From the IMG/VR virus record IMGVR_UViG_3300033149_002227, positions 54,826 through 74,825 of that record: a DNA stretch of 20,000 nt; one strand, 5' to 3'. The notes under the pieces were generated by a model. The model was not told where the DNA came from, ran no database searches, and was given only the letters and a program-made list of their open reading frames with translations. Below are positions 1-9,050 of the stretch, one piece after another (positions within the stretch are counted from its first letter, which is position 1; the number at the start of each line of letters is the position of its first letter). The position numbers and the translations under genes were made by a program. The stretch comes from an uncultured virus (IMG/VR IMGVR_UViG_3300033149_002227) (taxonomy: Duplodnaviria; Heunggongvirae; Uroviricota; Caudoviricetes).

Positions 1-1
1 G

Positions 2-673
2 GAAGGCGAGGTGGCCGAGGATGCCGGTAATGATGAGCACATGGACGCAGAGGCTCCTGAGAGCGGCGTAGCGACGCCCATTGGTATGACCAACCTAGCA
101 GGCGAACCAACCATGGACGAGGCTGACGGGGCTGGTGGTGGCTTCTCAATGGGTTCTGGCTCTGGTGCACCATACGTTGGTGACATGGCAATGGATGCTG
201 ACCCAGAACTTGAAAATCTGGTAACATCTCGTGGACTTGGTGAAGCCAGTGTTCATATGTTTCGTAACGAGAGTGACGAAGCCCTGAGCGCCCTCGCTGA
301 AGCATTAGGTATGGATGAGTATGACCCATCGGACGATATGGTAGATGTTGAGAATATCAATCTGGAAGTTTATGACGAATCTACCGATTCATATCAGGAA
401 TTTCCTGTCTCCGTTGAGTGGAACGTAGAACCAACTGAATACGAGGGTCAATATCTATTCTACCAAGGTAGTGCGGACGTGGAAAGTATCAACCTAGTTA
501 ACCCAATTCGGGTCAACGGGAAGGTATACCGGCAGATGGATGATGAATTGGCGGCTCTTATTTTACAAACGTATAACACGAAAGAGACATCGTTATCGGA
601 TTACATTGCTGACCAATATGCTCACAAAATCGACATACCTCAGCACAAGTACCCAGACTCATCACGTAATTAA
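2..673 (+). CDS. Acidic hypothetical protein, probably 5'-truncated by the window edge
   Basis: The frame is open from base 2 (gaa ggc gag gtg...) to the TAA at 671-673. D/E/G-rich; no family recognised. Confidence 0.7.
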   Translation, partial: EGEVAEDAGNDEHMDAEAPESGVATPIGMTNLAGEPTMDEADGAGGGFSMGSGSGAPYVGDMAMDADPELENLVTSRGLGEASVHMFRNESDEALSALAEALGMDEYDPSDDMVDVENINLEVYDESTDSYQEFPVSVEWNVEPTEYEGQYLFYQGSADVESINLVNPIRVNGKVYRQMDDELAALILQTYNTKETSLSDYIADQYAHKIDIPQHKYPDSSRN

Positions 674-1215
674 TTAACCTCGACAGGAAGTCCCTGACTG
701 AGGTCGTAATATTTGCCTGACCAAAAACCAAATTGACCCTTCCGAATGCGACCTTTCCACCAGCGGAACTTAACTCCGGCTTCTTCAAATATTCCCAGAA
801 CTTCATCATGGTCAGCATCCCATACGGCATCGTCATTGCGTGACATCTTGAATGCCATCTGACCCTCCGCGTGAACGATGATTTCGGAGATTCCCGATTG
901 AATCACCCCACGAGCGCAGGGCGTACATGGTAACCAATTAATGTAGAGTTTGGCACCAAGGCAACTCGTACCCTTGCGTCCTGCGTTGTATATCGCATTA
1001 CGCTCGGCATGCTCGAAGTATTGATATTTCAGCGGGCGCTGTTGTCTTTCAAGAGTATCCTCGATCCCTCGTGGGTACCCGTTGTAGCCGAAACTGATTG
1101 GCGTGTTGTCTTGGTCAGCTATATAACAACCTGAGTGTGTACTTTCGTCGGGGCTGCGATCTGCAACCTCGTAGCACATGTTCATGTACATTTGATCCCA
1201 CGATGGTCTGTCCAT
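670..1215 (-). CDS. dCMP deaminase (ComEB/dCMP deaminase family)
   Basis: N-terminal RPSWDQMYM, GYNGYPRG, and zinc motifs HAERNA and PCTPC. Start moved to the ATG at 1215 because the longer ORF overlaps the divergent gene and its promoter. Confidence 0.93.
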   Translation of the reverse strand: MDRPSWDQMYMNMCYEVADRSPDESTHSGCYIADQDNTPISFGYNGYPRGIEDTLERQQRPLKYQYFEHAERNAIYNAGRKGTSCLGAKLYINWLPCTPCARGVIQSGISEIIVHAEGQMAFKMSRNDDAVWDADHDEVLGIFEEAGVKFRWWKGRIRKGQFGFWSGKYYDLSQGLPVEVN

Positions 1216-1276
1216 TTCGAATTCCAAGTTTGGTGTATAAACACATATAGTATCGTTTGTGGCACCGGTCAAGTGA

Positions 1277-1305
1277 TTGACAGACCGCCGTGTGGGTGTT
1301 ATAGT
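1277..1305 (+). promoter_or_regulatory. sigma70-type promoter with extended -10
   Basis: TTGACA (1277-1282), 17 nt spacer, TATAGT (1300-1305), with TG at 1297-1298. GGAG RBS precedes the ATG at 1329. Confidence 0.8.
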
Positions 1306-1328
1306 TACGGGATGAATGGAGAAACAAA

Positions 1329-2675
1329 ATGAAAACGATTCCAATAGGACCATCAATAGTGATGATGGTCGGTCCTTCTGGGGCTGGCAAGAGTACATTG
1401 ATAGAAAGGCACTTCAACTCGCGTGAAGTCATTTCTACCGATGCTCTGCGCGTGGAATTTACCGGCGACAAGCGTCGGCAAGATAAGGACGATGAGGTGC
1501 TGGCCGAGGTCAGTCGCCGTGTCGAAGCGAAAATTAATGTCGGGCAGCGCGTTGTTATCGACGCCACCCACGTGCGCGACCAAGATCGTCGCCGCTCACT
1601 CGAACTCGGACTGATGCTGGATGTCCCAATAACCTACTTGGTGGTGAACCGGTCGGTTGAATCCAAAATGCAAAAAGCAGGTTGGAGAAAGGACATTTAC
1701 GTTAAGAAGCTCACTAGCGGAAAACTTGTTAGCCTCATCGAGGCACACGAAGATACCTTCGTAGCCAACGAACACAAAATTCTTGCCGGTGACAGTCAAG
1801 GTAAGAAAGTCACGGTTATCGATACTCGCGTGGAAGAGTTCAAAGTCGCCCGCGAACTATCACGGGAAAATCCGGTTGAACAGTTGATATCGAGTGGTTT
1901 CAATCGCGTGCGTGTCGTCGCTGACGTGCACGGAAATCTGGAATCATTTCGTAAGGCTATCGACGTACCCGAGGACACCTTCCTGTTGTTTTTGGGAGAC
2001 CTATTGGACTACGATGTCCGTGGTATCCAGATTGTAGAACGTGTGTACAAAATGGTTCAAGAAGGCCGTGCTATCACTCTTCGTGGTAATCACGAACGGA
2101 AGATTGCGAACTGGGTTGTCAAGGAGCGTGGTAACGGTTTCGAAGGGAGTATCACTTCCGGCAACGACTTCACTGTTAATATGGTTAAGGCTATGACGCC
2201 AGCGCGTCGTGCTTTGTGGGAACGAAGGTTCCTAGCTCTGGTTGACCTGTCTCCTGATTGGATACAACTGGATCGGTTTCTATTCGTTCACGGTGCAGCA
2301 CACCGCTCTATTTGGGATGATACATTATTCCGTGCAGAGGAAGAATCGAAGCGTATGGCCATGGCCATGTTCGGTGAGTCCACAGGCAAGACCATCGGCG
2401 GTTACCCTGAGCGGTTGTACAACTGGGTTGATGATATTCCCACCCGACACACCGCTGTCGTTGGGCATGCCGTACTGTCAACCGAGGAGCCATTAACCAA
2501 AACCAATGACAAGGGTGGTAAGGCTATTTTCCTTGACACTGGTTCCTCGAAGGACATAGATGACTTCGGTCGCGGTCCTGCTGTTCGTGGACACCTGTCA
2601 TGGATGGAACTGAGCATTGGGGCTTTGTCACGCAATGGCAGCTATGTGGTGTTCGATGCATTTGGTCGGGACTGA
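1329..2675 (+). CDS. Polynucleotide kinase-phosphatase (P-loop kinase plus metallophosphoesterase), bacterial Pnkp-like, no ligase domain
   Basis: Walker A GPSGAGKS, ISTDALR and VIDATH in the kinase half; DVHG, GDLLD, GNHE, VHG, VGH and LDTG calcineurin-like motifs in the phosphatase half. Confidence 0.88.
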   Translation: MKTIPIGPSIVMMVGPSGAGKSTLIERHFNSREVISTDALRVEFTGDKRRQDKDDEVLAEVSRRVEAKINVGQRVVIDATHVRDQDRRRSLELGLMLDVPITYLVVNRSVESKMQKAGWRKDIYVKKLTSGKLVSLIEAHEDTFVANEHKILAGDSQGKKVTVIDTRVEEFKVARELSRENPVEQLISSGFNRVRVVADVHGNLESFRKAIDVPEDTFLLFLGDLLDYDVRGIQIVERVYKMVQEGRAITLRGNHERKIANWVVKERGNGFEGSITSGNDFTVNMVKAMTPARRALWERRFLALVDLSPDWIQLDRFLFVHGAAHRSIWDDTLFRAEEESKRMAMAMFGESTGKTIGGYPERLYNWVDDIPTRHTAVVGHAVLSTEEPLTKTNDKGGKAIFLDTGSSKDIDDFGRGPAVRGHLSWMELSIGALSRNGSYVVFDAFGRD

Positions 2676-3021
2676 AAAACCACACAACCAACGTCGCGTA
2701 TGGTTTGCATACGCGATGTTGGTTTTAATGAACATCATCGACGTGGTGTTCACCCGCACAGCCCTCTTCGTGAACACCACTGAAGCCAATCCCGTTATGA
2801 ACCACATGTACCAGAACTTCGGTATATGGGGTATAATTGCCGTGAAGATATTTTTCCTGACATTACTCGGATTCACGATTAAACACCTCCCACAACTACA
2901 TGCAGGTTACCGAACAGTATTTTATTGCGCAGTTGGAATCTACGGATTACTGGCTGCTTACCACGCATACTGGTTATTCGGAATAGACCCCCGATGGATA
3001 AGTAATATACACTTTGGATAA
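2617..3021 (+). CDS. Small membrane protein, DUF5658-like (start uncertain)
   Basis: Three hydrophobic segments and a D-x-x-x-T...EANP...K pattern. Confidence 0.6.
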   Translation: MGLCHAMAAMWCSMHLVGTEKPHNQRRVWFAYAMLVLMNIIDVVFTRTALFVNTTEANPVMNHMYQNFGIWGIIAVKIFFLTLLGFTIKHLPQLHAGYRTVFYCAVGIYGLLAAYHAYWLFGIDPRWISNIHFG

Positions 3022-3036
3022 TTGGAGAAATTAATT

Positions 3037-4662
3037 ATGCTACGTACAAAATCATCAAGTTGGTTCATTCCATTCTGCTTTGTCGGAGCGTTGATAGGTA
3101 TAATTCTCACGACCGGTCACTCTCCTGCCGCCCAACTCCGCTACGACACCAGTTCTCAACTGAATTACGGCGAACAATTCCAACGGGTACTCGATGCAAT
3201 ACGTGGCAATAGCGTTAATGCCGAGGCAGTAAAATCAGAGGAAGATTTATTCAATATTGCCGTCGATGCCATTTTGGAAAAAATTGGTGATAAGCACGGA
3301 AGATATTTTTCCGCTGAAGAATACCAACGGTTACAAGGCGACCTTCGACCTGCAAATTATACCGGTGTGGGGATTCAAATTGCTCCCGGCGCAGGTGGTG
3401 CCATTATTCTCAACATATTTGACAATTCTCCATTGCATAACATGGGCGTTAGAGTAGGTGATTTAATCACCGCTGCTGGTTCTCTGGGTGAACCGATGGT
3501 TGAATACGATCCAGAAGACCTGATGGTAATCGTAACCGCAATTAAAGGACGGGCAGGGACGGATGTTATATTAAACACCAGACGTGGAACTCGGAACCTT
3601 CCGCCTATTACTGTTCCACGAATACAGACTAGAAATCAATACGTGTATATGAAACGTTCCGAGACCGGAGTTCTCACAATACGAGTGACACAGTTTTCCG
3701 GTTCAGTCATCGGTGATATCAAATCTATGCTATCAGATCGAGGGTGGTTAGGTAGAAACGACGTGCTGGATACGAGTATTATCAAAGGTGTGGTTTTGGA
3801 TTTGCGGGGTAATCCCGGTGGTATATTGGGTCAAGCGGTATACGTTAGTGATTTGTTTCTCCCAAAGGACGTATCAGCAGTTCGCGTCATCGAGCGCCCC
3901 GAAGTTGAAGGCGGACCGGCTATGGCGTATAATTACCTAACTGCTGACGAAAGAATGTTCCCTGTTGATATTCCACGAGTAATATTGATAAACGGCGGTT
4001 CGGCGTCTGCATCGGAAATCGTTGCCGGAGCAGTACAAACACATGCCGAAGGTCTCATCATGGGTATTAAATCCTACGGTAAAGGTTCGGTGCAAACTGT
4101 CATTGATTTGCCCGGAGGAACCGGCATTAAAACCACCTCGGCTATCTACTTTGCGGGTGGCACCATGGAAATCGATGGTATCGGAGTAATGCCTGATGCT
4201 GTAGTTCTTCAACCCGACCCTATCGGACTGAGTGCCGACGACAAGAGTTTCAATGGTCACCTTATAAAGATTTCAATGGACCCCGAAATGGATCACCAAT
4301 TGAATGTGGCTCATACTTACATCAATGCATTTATCAGTGGTGAGCATGTATTGGACGTACCGGAATCACGACAGGCTGCGGAAAACAAAGCACACGGTGC
4401 TGAAACCAAACTCATAAACATTTGCGACCAACGGGGACTTCGGGGTTGTCCACCAGTGGATATCACATTATTCGAAAACATTGATCACGGTTCGTTTTTA
4501 TCAGATACGGATGCTGCGGGTTGGATGTGTTACCCAGACGAAGGAGAAACCGAGTGGGACGACATGTCATTTCTGGATGGCTACGGCATAAGTGATTTAT
4601 TCAGCCTTTCTTTATCGGGCCAAATGTGTCCAAATGACGAAATAACATTTACGTTGGAATAA
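3037..4662 (+). CDS. S41 C-terminal processing (tail-specific) protease, CtpA/Prc-like, with PDZ domain and N-terminal signal/anchor
   Basis: YTGVGI PDZ loop, LDLRGNPGG, catalytic SASASEIV and GKGSVQ, GIGVMPD, hydrophobic N-terminus. GGAG RBS precedes the ATG at 3037. Confidence 0.93.
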   Translation: MLRTKSSSWFIPFCFVGALIGIILTTGHSPAAQLRYDTSSQLNYGEQFQRVLDAIRGNSVNAEAVKSEEDLFNIAVDAILEKIGDKHGRYFSAEEYQRLQGDLRPANYTGVGIQIAPGAGGAIILNIFDNSPLHNMGVRVGDLITAAGSLGEPMVEYDPEDLMVIVTAIKGRAGTDVILNTRRGTRNLPPITVPRIQTRNQYVYMKRSETGVLTIRVTQFSGSVIGDIKSMLSDRGWLGRNDVLDTSIIKGVVLDLRGNPGGILGQAVYVSDLFLPKDVSAVRVIERPEVEGGPAMAYNYLTADERMFPVDIPRVILINGGSASASEIVAGAVQTHAEGLIMGIKSYGKGSVQTVIDLPGGTGIKTTSAIYFAGGTMEIDGIGVMPDAVVLQPDPIGLSADDKSFNGHLIKISMDPEMDHQLNVAHTYINAFISGEHVLDVPESRQAAENKAHGAETKLINICDQRGLRGCPPVDITLFENIDHGSFLSDTDAAGWMCYPDEGETEWDDMSFLDGYGISDLFSLSLSGQMCPNDEITFTLE

Positions 4663-5396
4663 TGTCGAAGTTCCCAACAATCAAGACAATCGACGACGTA
4701 CTGCCGTTCGTCAAGCATCACGAAGAGTTCACCGTGACTGAACATCAATGGGGTATATCAATTGATTACCAGACACCAGATGTAACCACGTTCAATACCC
4801 CACAGGCGAGAGAATGTCGCGGCATAAAATTCCGCTTGGACGGTAGTCTTCTAGCTCGCCCTTATCACAAGTTCTTCAATATCGGTGGTTCGCGAATGCG
4901 CACTGAAGCATTGATTGCGTCAGGGCGCTTCGACAACAAACACACTATCCTCTATATGCCGCATGGCTCGATGATTCACCCAATCGTTCATAATGACACG
5001 GTGTTCTTTTGCACCCGCTCGGGGATCACTGACGTAGCTGAGCAAGCACTCAGGTTTGTCACGCCTGTCCACGACTCACAGAACGCCGGACCGTGGTGTA
5101 CGGATTTCTGCTATGATTTGGCAAAATCAAATCTCACAGCAATTTTTGAATGGTGCCCCCAAGTTGAACCCGTTCAAAAATATCCAGCAAACAGGCTAGT
5201 ACTGACCGCTATCCGTACAAATCAAACTGGGGAATACCTCAGCTATGACAGCATGCGAGCACTAGCCGGTTCGTACTATATTCCTATGATCGGTTCCTTC
5301 GATGGCGACTGGACAGACGTTGCGAAAAATGAAAGTTATGTCATTCGGTGGAATGATGGTATGATGGGTAAACTCAGAAATAATCGCGGAAAATGA
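4662..5396 (+). CDS. T4 Rnl1-like RNA ligase homologue with degenerate catalytic motif
   Basis: ECRGIKF, ARPYHKFFNIG, GSMI, TRSG, TAIFEW, LTAIR and ESYVI...KLR follow the Rnl1 pattern, but motif I KxDG reads MPHG. Confidence 0.8.
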   Translation: MSKFPTIKTIDDVLPFVKHHEEFTVTEHQWGISIDYQTPDVTTFNTPQARECRGIKFRLDGSLLARPYHKFFNIGGSRMRTEALIASGRFDNKHTILYMPHGSMIHPIVHNDTVFFCTRSGITDVAEQALRFVTPVHDSQNAGPWCTDFCYDLAKSNLTAIFEWCPQVEPVQKYPANRLVLTAIRTNQTGEYLSYDSMRALAGSYYIPMIGSFDGDWTDVAKNESYVIRWNDGMMGKLRNNRGK

Positions 5397-5397
5397 T

Positions 5398-5646
5398 ATG
5401 GATTTAAGCAATTACGGAGAAGATATTTTGACTGCTGATGGGTTGGACGATGCCATAATCGGTGTCGGTACCCGATGTGGTCAACCACCCATTGCAGTGT
5501 ACGATGTATCGAAGGTGCTTGACATTCTCGTGGATCGCGACGGCATGACATATGAAGAAGCTGAAGAATACTTCGGTTTCAATATCGAAGGAGCGTGGGT
5601 CGGGGGACAAACCCCAATCTGGCTTCGCGTACCAGAGCAAGACTAA
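5398..5646 (+). CDS. Conserved phage hypothetical protein
   Basis: The ADGLDDAIIG...YD...MTYEEAEEYFGFNIEGAWVG..TP pattern is familiar from phage hypotheticals. Confidence 0.75.
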   Translation: MDLSNYGEDILTADGLDDAIIGVGTRCGQPPIAVYDVSKVLDILVDRDGMTYEEAEEYFGFNIEGAWVGGQTPIWLRVPEQD

Positions 5647-5663
5647 CTCACTAGGAGAAAGAA

Positions 5664-5855
5664 ATGAACTACGACGACCACGAAGATTTTAACAAGCATA
5701 GATTACCACATGAAGCAACGAAAGAATTCGCGAATGCTCGTGCCGCAGTGTACGACAACGCCAATGCAGTTTTTGCTGGCGGCACCCGAGATGGTATTGC
5801 TGCCCTCGTATTGGGTGGTACACTTTATCTAATAGCTAGTGCCTTACTTCTGTAA
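5664..5855 (+). CDS. Small protein with C-terminal hydrophobic helix
   Basis: AGGAG RBS; TAATG overlap with the next gene. Confidence 0.65.
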   Translation: MNYDDHEDFNKHRLPHEATKEFANARAAVYDNANAVFAGGTRDGIAALVLGGTLYLIASALLL

Positions 5856-6223
5856 TGAATACTGATATATTGATGACATCCATATGCATCGTTTTGGCTA
5901 TGGTGGCGATATATGTGATCCTCATCAGGAAGCATGCATCCAAAGATGAACGTGCCCGCGTCGAACGAACGTTGTATGCATCAGCCGGTGAAATTGTTAC
6001 GTGCCTGAACGGACATGAGATATGTGAGTTGGCTAAGGATATTTTTGTAGCTGACTTAATCAGTGTTAGTCAGTTCAAAAACTGGCGTCACCAACCACAG
6101 CCACAGCCGCATGATCCAATAACACCGTGTATGGTATGTAGAGCGCCCTATGTTAACTCAACTACAGCGTATGGTGGAACACAGTTGCACATCGATGGCG
6201 AGTGGAGAACCACCCGCTCTTAA
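5855..6223 (+). CDS. Membrane-anchored hypothetical protein with possible Zn ligands
   Basis: N-terminal TM helix; CxxxHxxC and CxxC motifs. Confidence 0.65.
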   Translation: MNTDILMTSICIVLAMVAIYVILIRKHASKDERARVERTLYASAGEIVTCLNGHEICELAKDIFVADLISVSQFKNWRHQPQPQPHDPITPCMVCRAPYVNSTTAYGGTQLHIDGEWRTTRS

Positions 6224-7092
6224 AGTCCTGCGTTGTAATGTGCAAGGATTCGGGCATCGGGTAGCATGTAGTTGTAGATAGCTATGTTATCGTACTGGCC
6301 ATCCGTCCGCGAAAAACTATCAAACGATGTATAACCAACTCTGAAAAATGTTTGGTTACCACCCCCATTATAACCAGTGGCGTAACCCACAGTATCATAT
6401 TCTACCCCATCGATCCAGAATGTAATCGTTTTCGCTAATCCGTTCCGTGTGGTAACAATATGATGAACGGTGTTGAGTGATAACTGCGCCGTCGCCGATG
6501 TCGTGACTATTGGCGAGCGAACATTGATTTCGTGATAGGCTCCGAGATGACCGGTGGAATTCACCGTTAAACTCCATAAGGCATTGTATTGAGCCTGTGG
6601 TAGGTTCGTCTGTGTACCACAGTGCACTATATGGTTCCGATCATTCAATGCACCACTTCCGCCACTAAAAGTATCCAACTTAACCCAACATTCAATGCTC
6701 ATGTAGCTTATTAACTGCAAGAGATTTTGACCAGTCTGAATCAGGTGCCCTCCATTGTAGGTGGTGGGTGGGACGATATCTGCATTTGCTCCGGGAAAAT
6801 CATATACTCCTCCCCCATCATTGACCAATCCGGGGAGGCCGTTAGGACCAGCACCGGGAAGAAGAGGTGGTGAAGGATTACCAGAAGTGAGCCGTGCATC
6901 AAATCCTGTACTCCGCTCGTGACCGGTCACTTGAGCTATGAATGCATTAGGTCCAGAATCAGTCGTAAATGTACCGCCAATGCCCCACGCATCGTTCAAT
7001 TCGTAAAAGACGACAGGATTATCAGCAAGCACCTCGTCAGAAGCCGAGATCGTAGGCTGATTGACCATATGCGCTGTGATGCCCGCGTGCAT
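6220..7092 (-). CDS. LamG/concanavalin-like domain virion protein
   Basis: DNPVVFYEL, SIECWVK, HHIVTT, FWIDG and IAIYNYMLP..I..HY LamG-like motifs. The ATG at 7092 overlaps the upstream TAA (TAATG). Confidence 0.8.
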   Translation of the reverse strand: MHAGITAHMVNQPTISASDEVLADNPVVFYELNDAWGIGGTFTTDSGPNAFIAQVTGHERSTGFDARLTSGNPSPPLLPGAGPNGLPGLVNDGGGVYDFPGANADIVPPTTYNGGHLIQTGQNLLQLISYMSIECWVKLDTFSGGSGALNDRNHIVHCGTQTNLPQAQYNALWSLTVNSTGHLGAYHEINVRSPIVTTSATAQLSLNTVHHIVTTRNGLAKTITFWIDGVEYDTVGYATGYNGGGNQTFFRVGYTSFDSFSRTDGQYDNIAIYNYMLPDARILAHYNAGL

Positions 7093-8996
7093 TATACAGG
7101 CACCAAGTTGCCGAACAATGTCCAAGTAGTGGTGGTCACTTTAAGAGCCGTTGCTACTGCATATTGCCCGTTCAATACTAGAGTTAAGTTTGCATTAACA
7201 TTTAGCGTATCGGTGTCTATTGCTACCGTTGTTGCTCCCGCTCCCAGTTGTTGAAAATGGATTTCTGTTCCTATAGGATATGCAACAGAAGCATTGGATG
7301 GAAGTGTCACTGTGTTTGCACCTGCATTGTCCATTGTAACCATTTTACCAGAGTGTCCCAATGTAAACGCACCGGGTCCATATGACACTCCTGTTTGTAT
7401 TTCGAATTCAAGTTTTGCGTCTATACCACCATTCACAACTAGCGTAGACCCATCCCATGTGAAGTTCGGGTCACCTTCGAGTGTTCCGTCACCGGTCCAT
7501 ACACCGATCTGATTATTAACAGGGGTGCCTACCTTTATTACATCACCAGCACCCGCGATGGTCTGCCATGTTGCAGTGGTTGCACTAGTGGCTACTAGAG
7601 TCTGCCCGATTGTTGGGGGTATTGCTGCGTCCACATTTACGTCTGCACCAGTAGTGGCTAGGTCGGAGGCTGCACCGACATCCTGCCATGTTGCAGTGGT
7701 TGCACTAGTGGCTATTAGAAACTGTCCGATTGTTGGGGGTGCGGCGAGGTCTATGTTTACGTCTGCACCACTCGTGGCTAGGTCGGAAGCCGCAGCGCCA
7801 CTAGCTGTGAGATCGATACCATTCCAAGTAATAGTACCGCCATCGTTATATAATTTGTCTGTTGTAACAGTTGGGGCTGTTTGGGAAGGAATAACAATAG
7901 CACCGGAAGAACCACCACCAGCACCAGCGCCCGGGGTTAGTGTCACGTTACCACCAGCCGCTATTCCGAGTGCATCACCAGCAGTCACGTTAACGTCACC
8001 ACCGACACCACTCAATTGCGGTAGACCGCCGAGGATGTTAACGTCACCACCACCACCAGTACCAGTACCACCAGCACCACCGATAACAGACGCAGCACCA
8101 CCAGCACCGTTGGAAGTATCACCTTCACCACCGGTTATGGAGATCGCACCACCAGTATTTGCGGCACCAACGCCAGCACCGGCAGTCAATGAAATTGGGG
8201 CACCGTCGGCGGCAACAGAAGCACCGGGGTTGATTATTACTTCACCACCAATACCTGTTGTGGAGTCACCACCAGTAATCGCAACTGCACCACCAGCGGC
8301 GGCAGTACCAACACCACCTGTAATGGATACGCTACCACCAACATTACCAGTACCAGAATCACCAGCACCGATGGACACAAGTCCACCCAGTCCGATTGCA
8401 GCATCACCAGCAGCAAGAACAACACTACCACCAATACCAGCAGCAGCACCACCAGCACCAGCAGTCAAGCCGATATCACCGCCGTTACCATTGGTACCAC
8501 CATCACCGGTTACGAAGTTCATAGTACCACCAGCGGCGGCTATGTTGCCGTCACCAGTTGTGACCGTGAACCCGACACCAGTATTACCGGCATTGCCAGT
8601 AGGGGTTTCGATATCGAATCCCGCAGTGGACCAATTGAGAACAGAAGCGGGCACAACATAGGTGCCAGAGTTATCACCCATGGTGAATGCGATAATGTTA
8701 TCATCGACACCCGTGAAGTTTTCGACATAAATTTGGGTGTTGAGATCGGCGTCTTCTAGTTTGGACAGTACGACACCACTAACACCAGCTAGGATAGCCC
8801 AACCACCACTGTATATTTCGAAGTCACCAAAGTCAGTGTTGTACCGCATCATGCCATTGGTTGGTGAGGCAGGGCGTTGAGCCGTGCCACCAACTGGGAT
8901 GGTCATCGAGGTAGTCCCGGGCAATTCAACGAGAGTTTCACCCGAGGCTGCAATAGTAGGCCAGAGTGTATCTCTCCAGTGGTTTTCTTGTGTCAT
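7092..8996 (-). CDS. Gly-rich tail fibre/virion structural protein (paralogue B)
   Basis: PVGGTAQRP..GMMRYNTD...E module, many GG(D/N)V.I..G repeats, C-terminal VTLP...PIGTEI...W.L.G domain. Confidence 0.8.
   Translation of the reverse strand: MTQENHWRDTLWPTIAASGETLVELPGTTSMTIPVGGTAQRPASPTNGMMRYNTDFGDFEIYSGGWAILAGVSGVVLSKLEDADLNTQIYVENFTGVDDNIIAFTMGDNSGTYVVPASVLNWSTAGFDIETPTGNAGNTGVGFTVTTGDGNIAAAGGTMNFVTGDGGTNGNGGDIGLTAGAGGAAAGIGGSVVLAAGDAAIGLGGLVSIGAGDSGTGNVGGSVSITGGVGTAAAGGAVAITGGDSTTGIGGEVIINPGASVAADGAPISLTAGAGVGAANTGGAISITGGEGDTSNGAGGAASVIGGAGGTGTGGGGDVNILGGLPQLSGVGGDVNVTAGDALGIAAGGNVTLTPGAGAGGGSSGAIVIPSQTAPTVTTDKLYNDGGTITWNGIDLTASGAAASDLATSGADVNIDLAAPPTIGQFLIATSATTATWQDVGAASDLATTGADVNVDAAIPPTIGQTLVATSATTATWQTIAGAGDVIKVGTPVNNQIGVWTGDGTLEGDPNFTWDGSTLVVNGGIDAKLEFEIQTGVSYGPGAFTLGHSGKMVTMDNAGANTVTLPSNASVAYPIGTEIHFQQLGAGATTVAIDTDTLNVNANLTLVLNGQYAVATALKVTTTTWTLFGNLVPV
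7563..7796. repeat. Two tandem ~120-bp in-frame repeats (40 aa unit)
   Basis: ctgccatgttgcagtggttgcactagtggcta occurs at 7563 and 7683; the protein has AASDLAT.GADVN.D.A.PPTIGQ.L.ATSATTATWQ twice. Confidence 0.92.
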
Positions 8997-9050
8997 GATT
9001 CATTCCTGTCAATGCTGTAGTATTTACTCATACTTAACACGTTAGCAAGA

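Noticed and set aside
1216..1398. N-terminal extension of the dCMP deaminase ORF
   Set aside because: Overlaps the divergent promoter and Pnkp start; family similarity begins at MDRPSW (1215).
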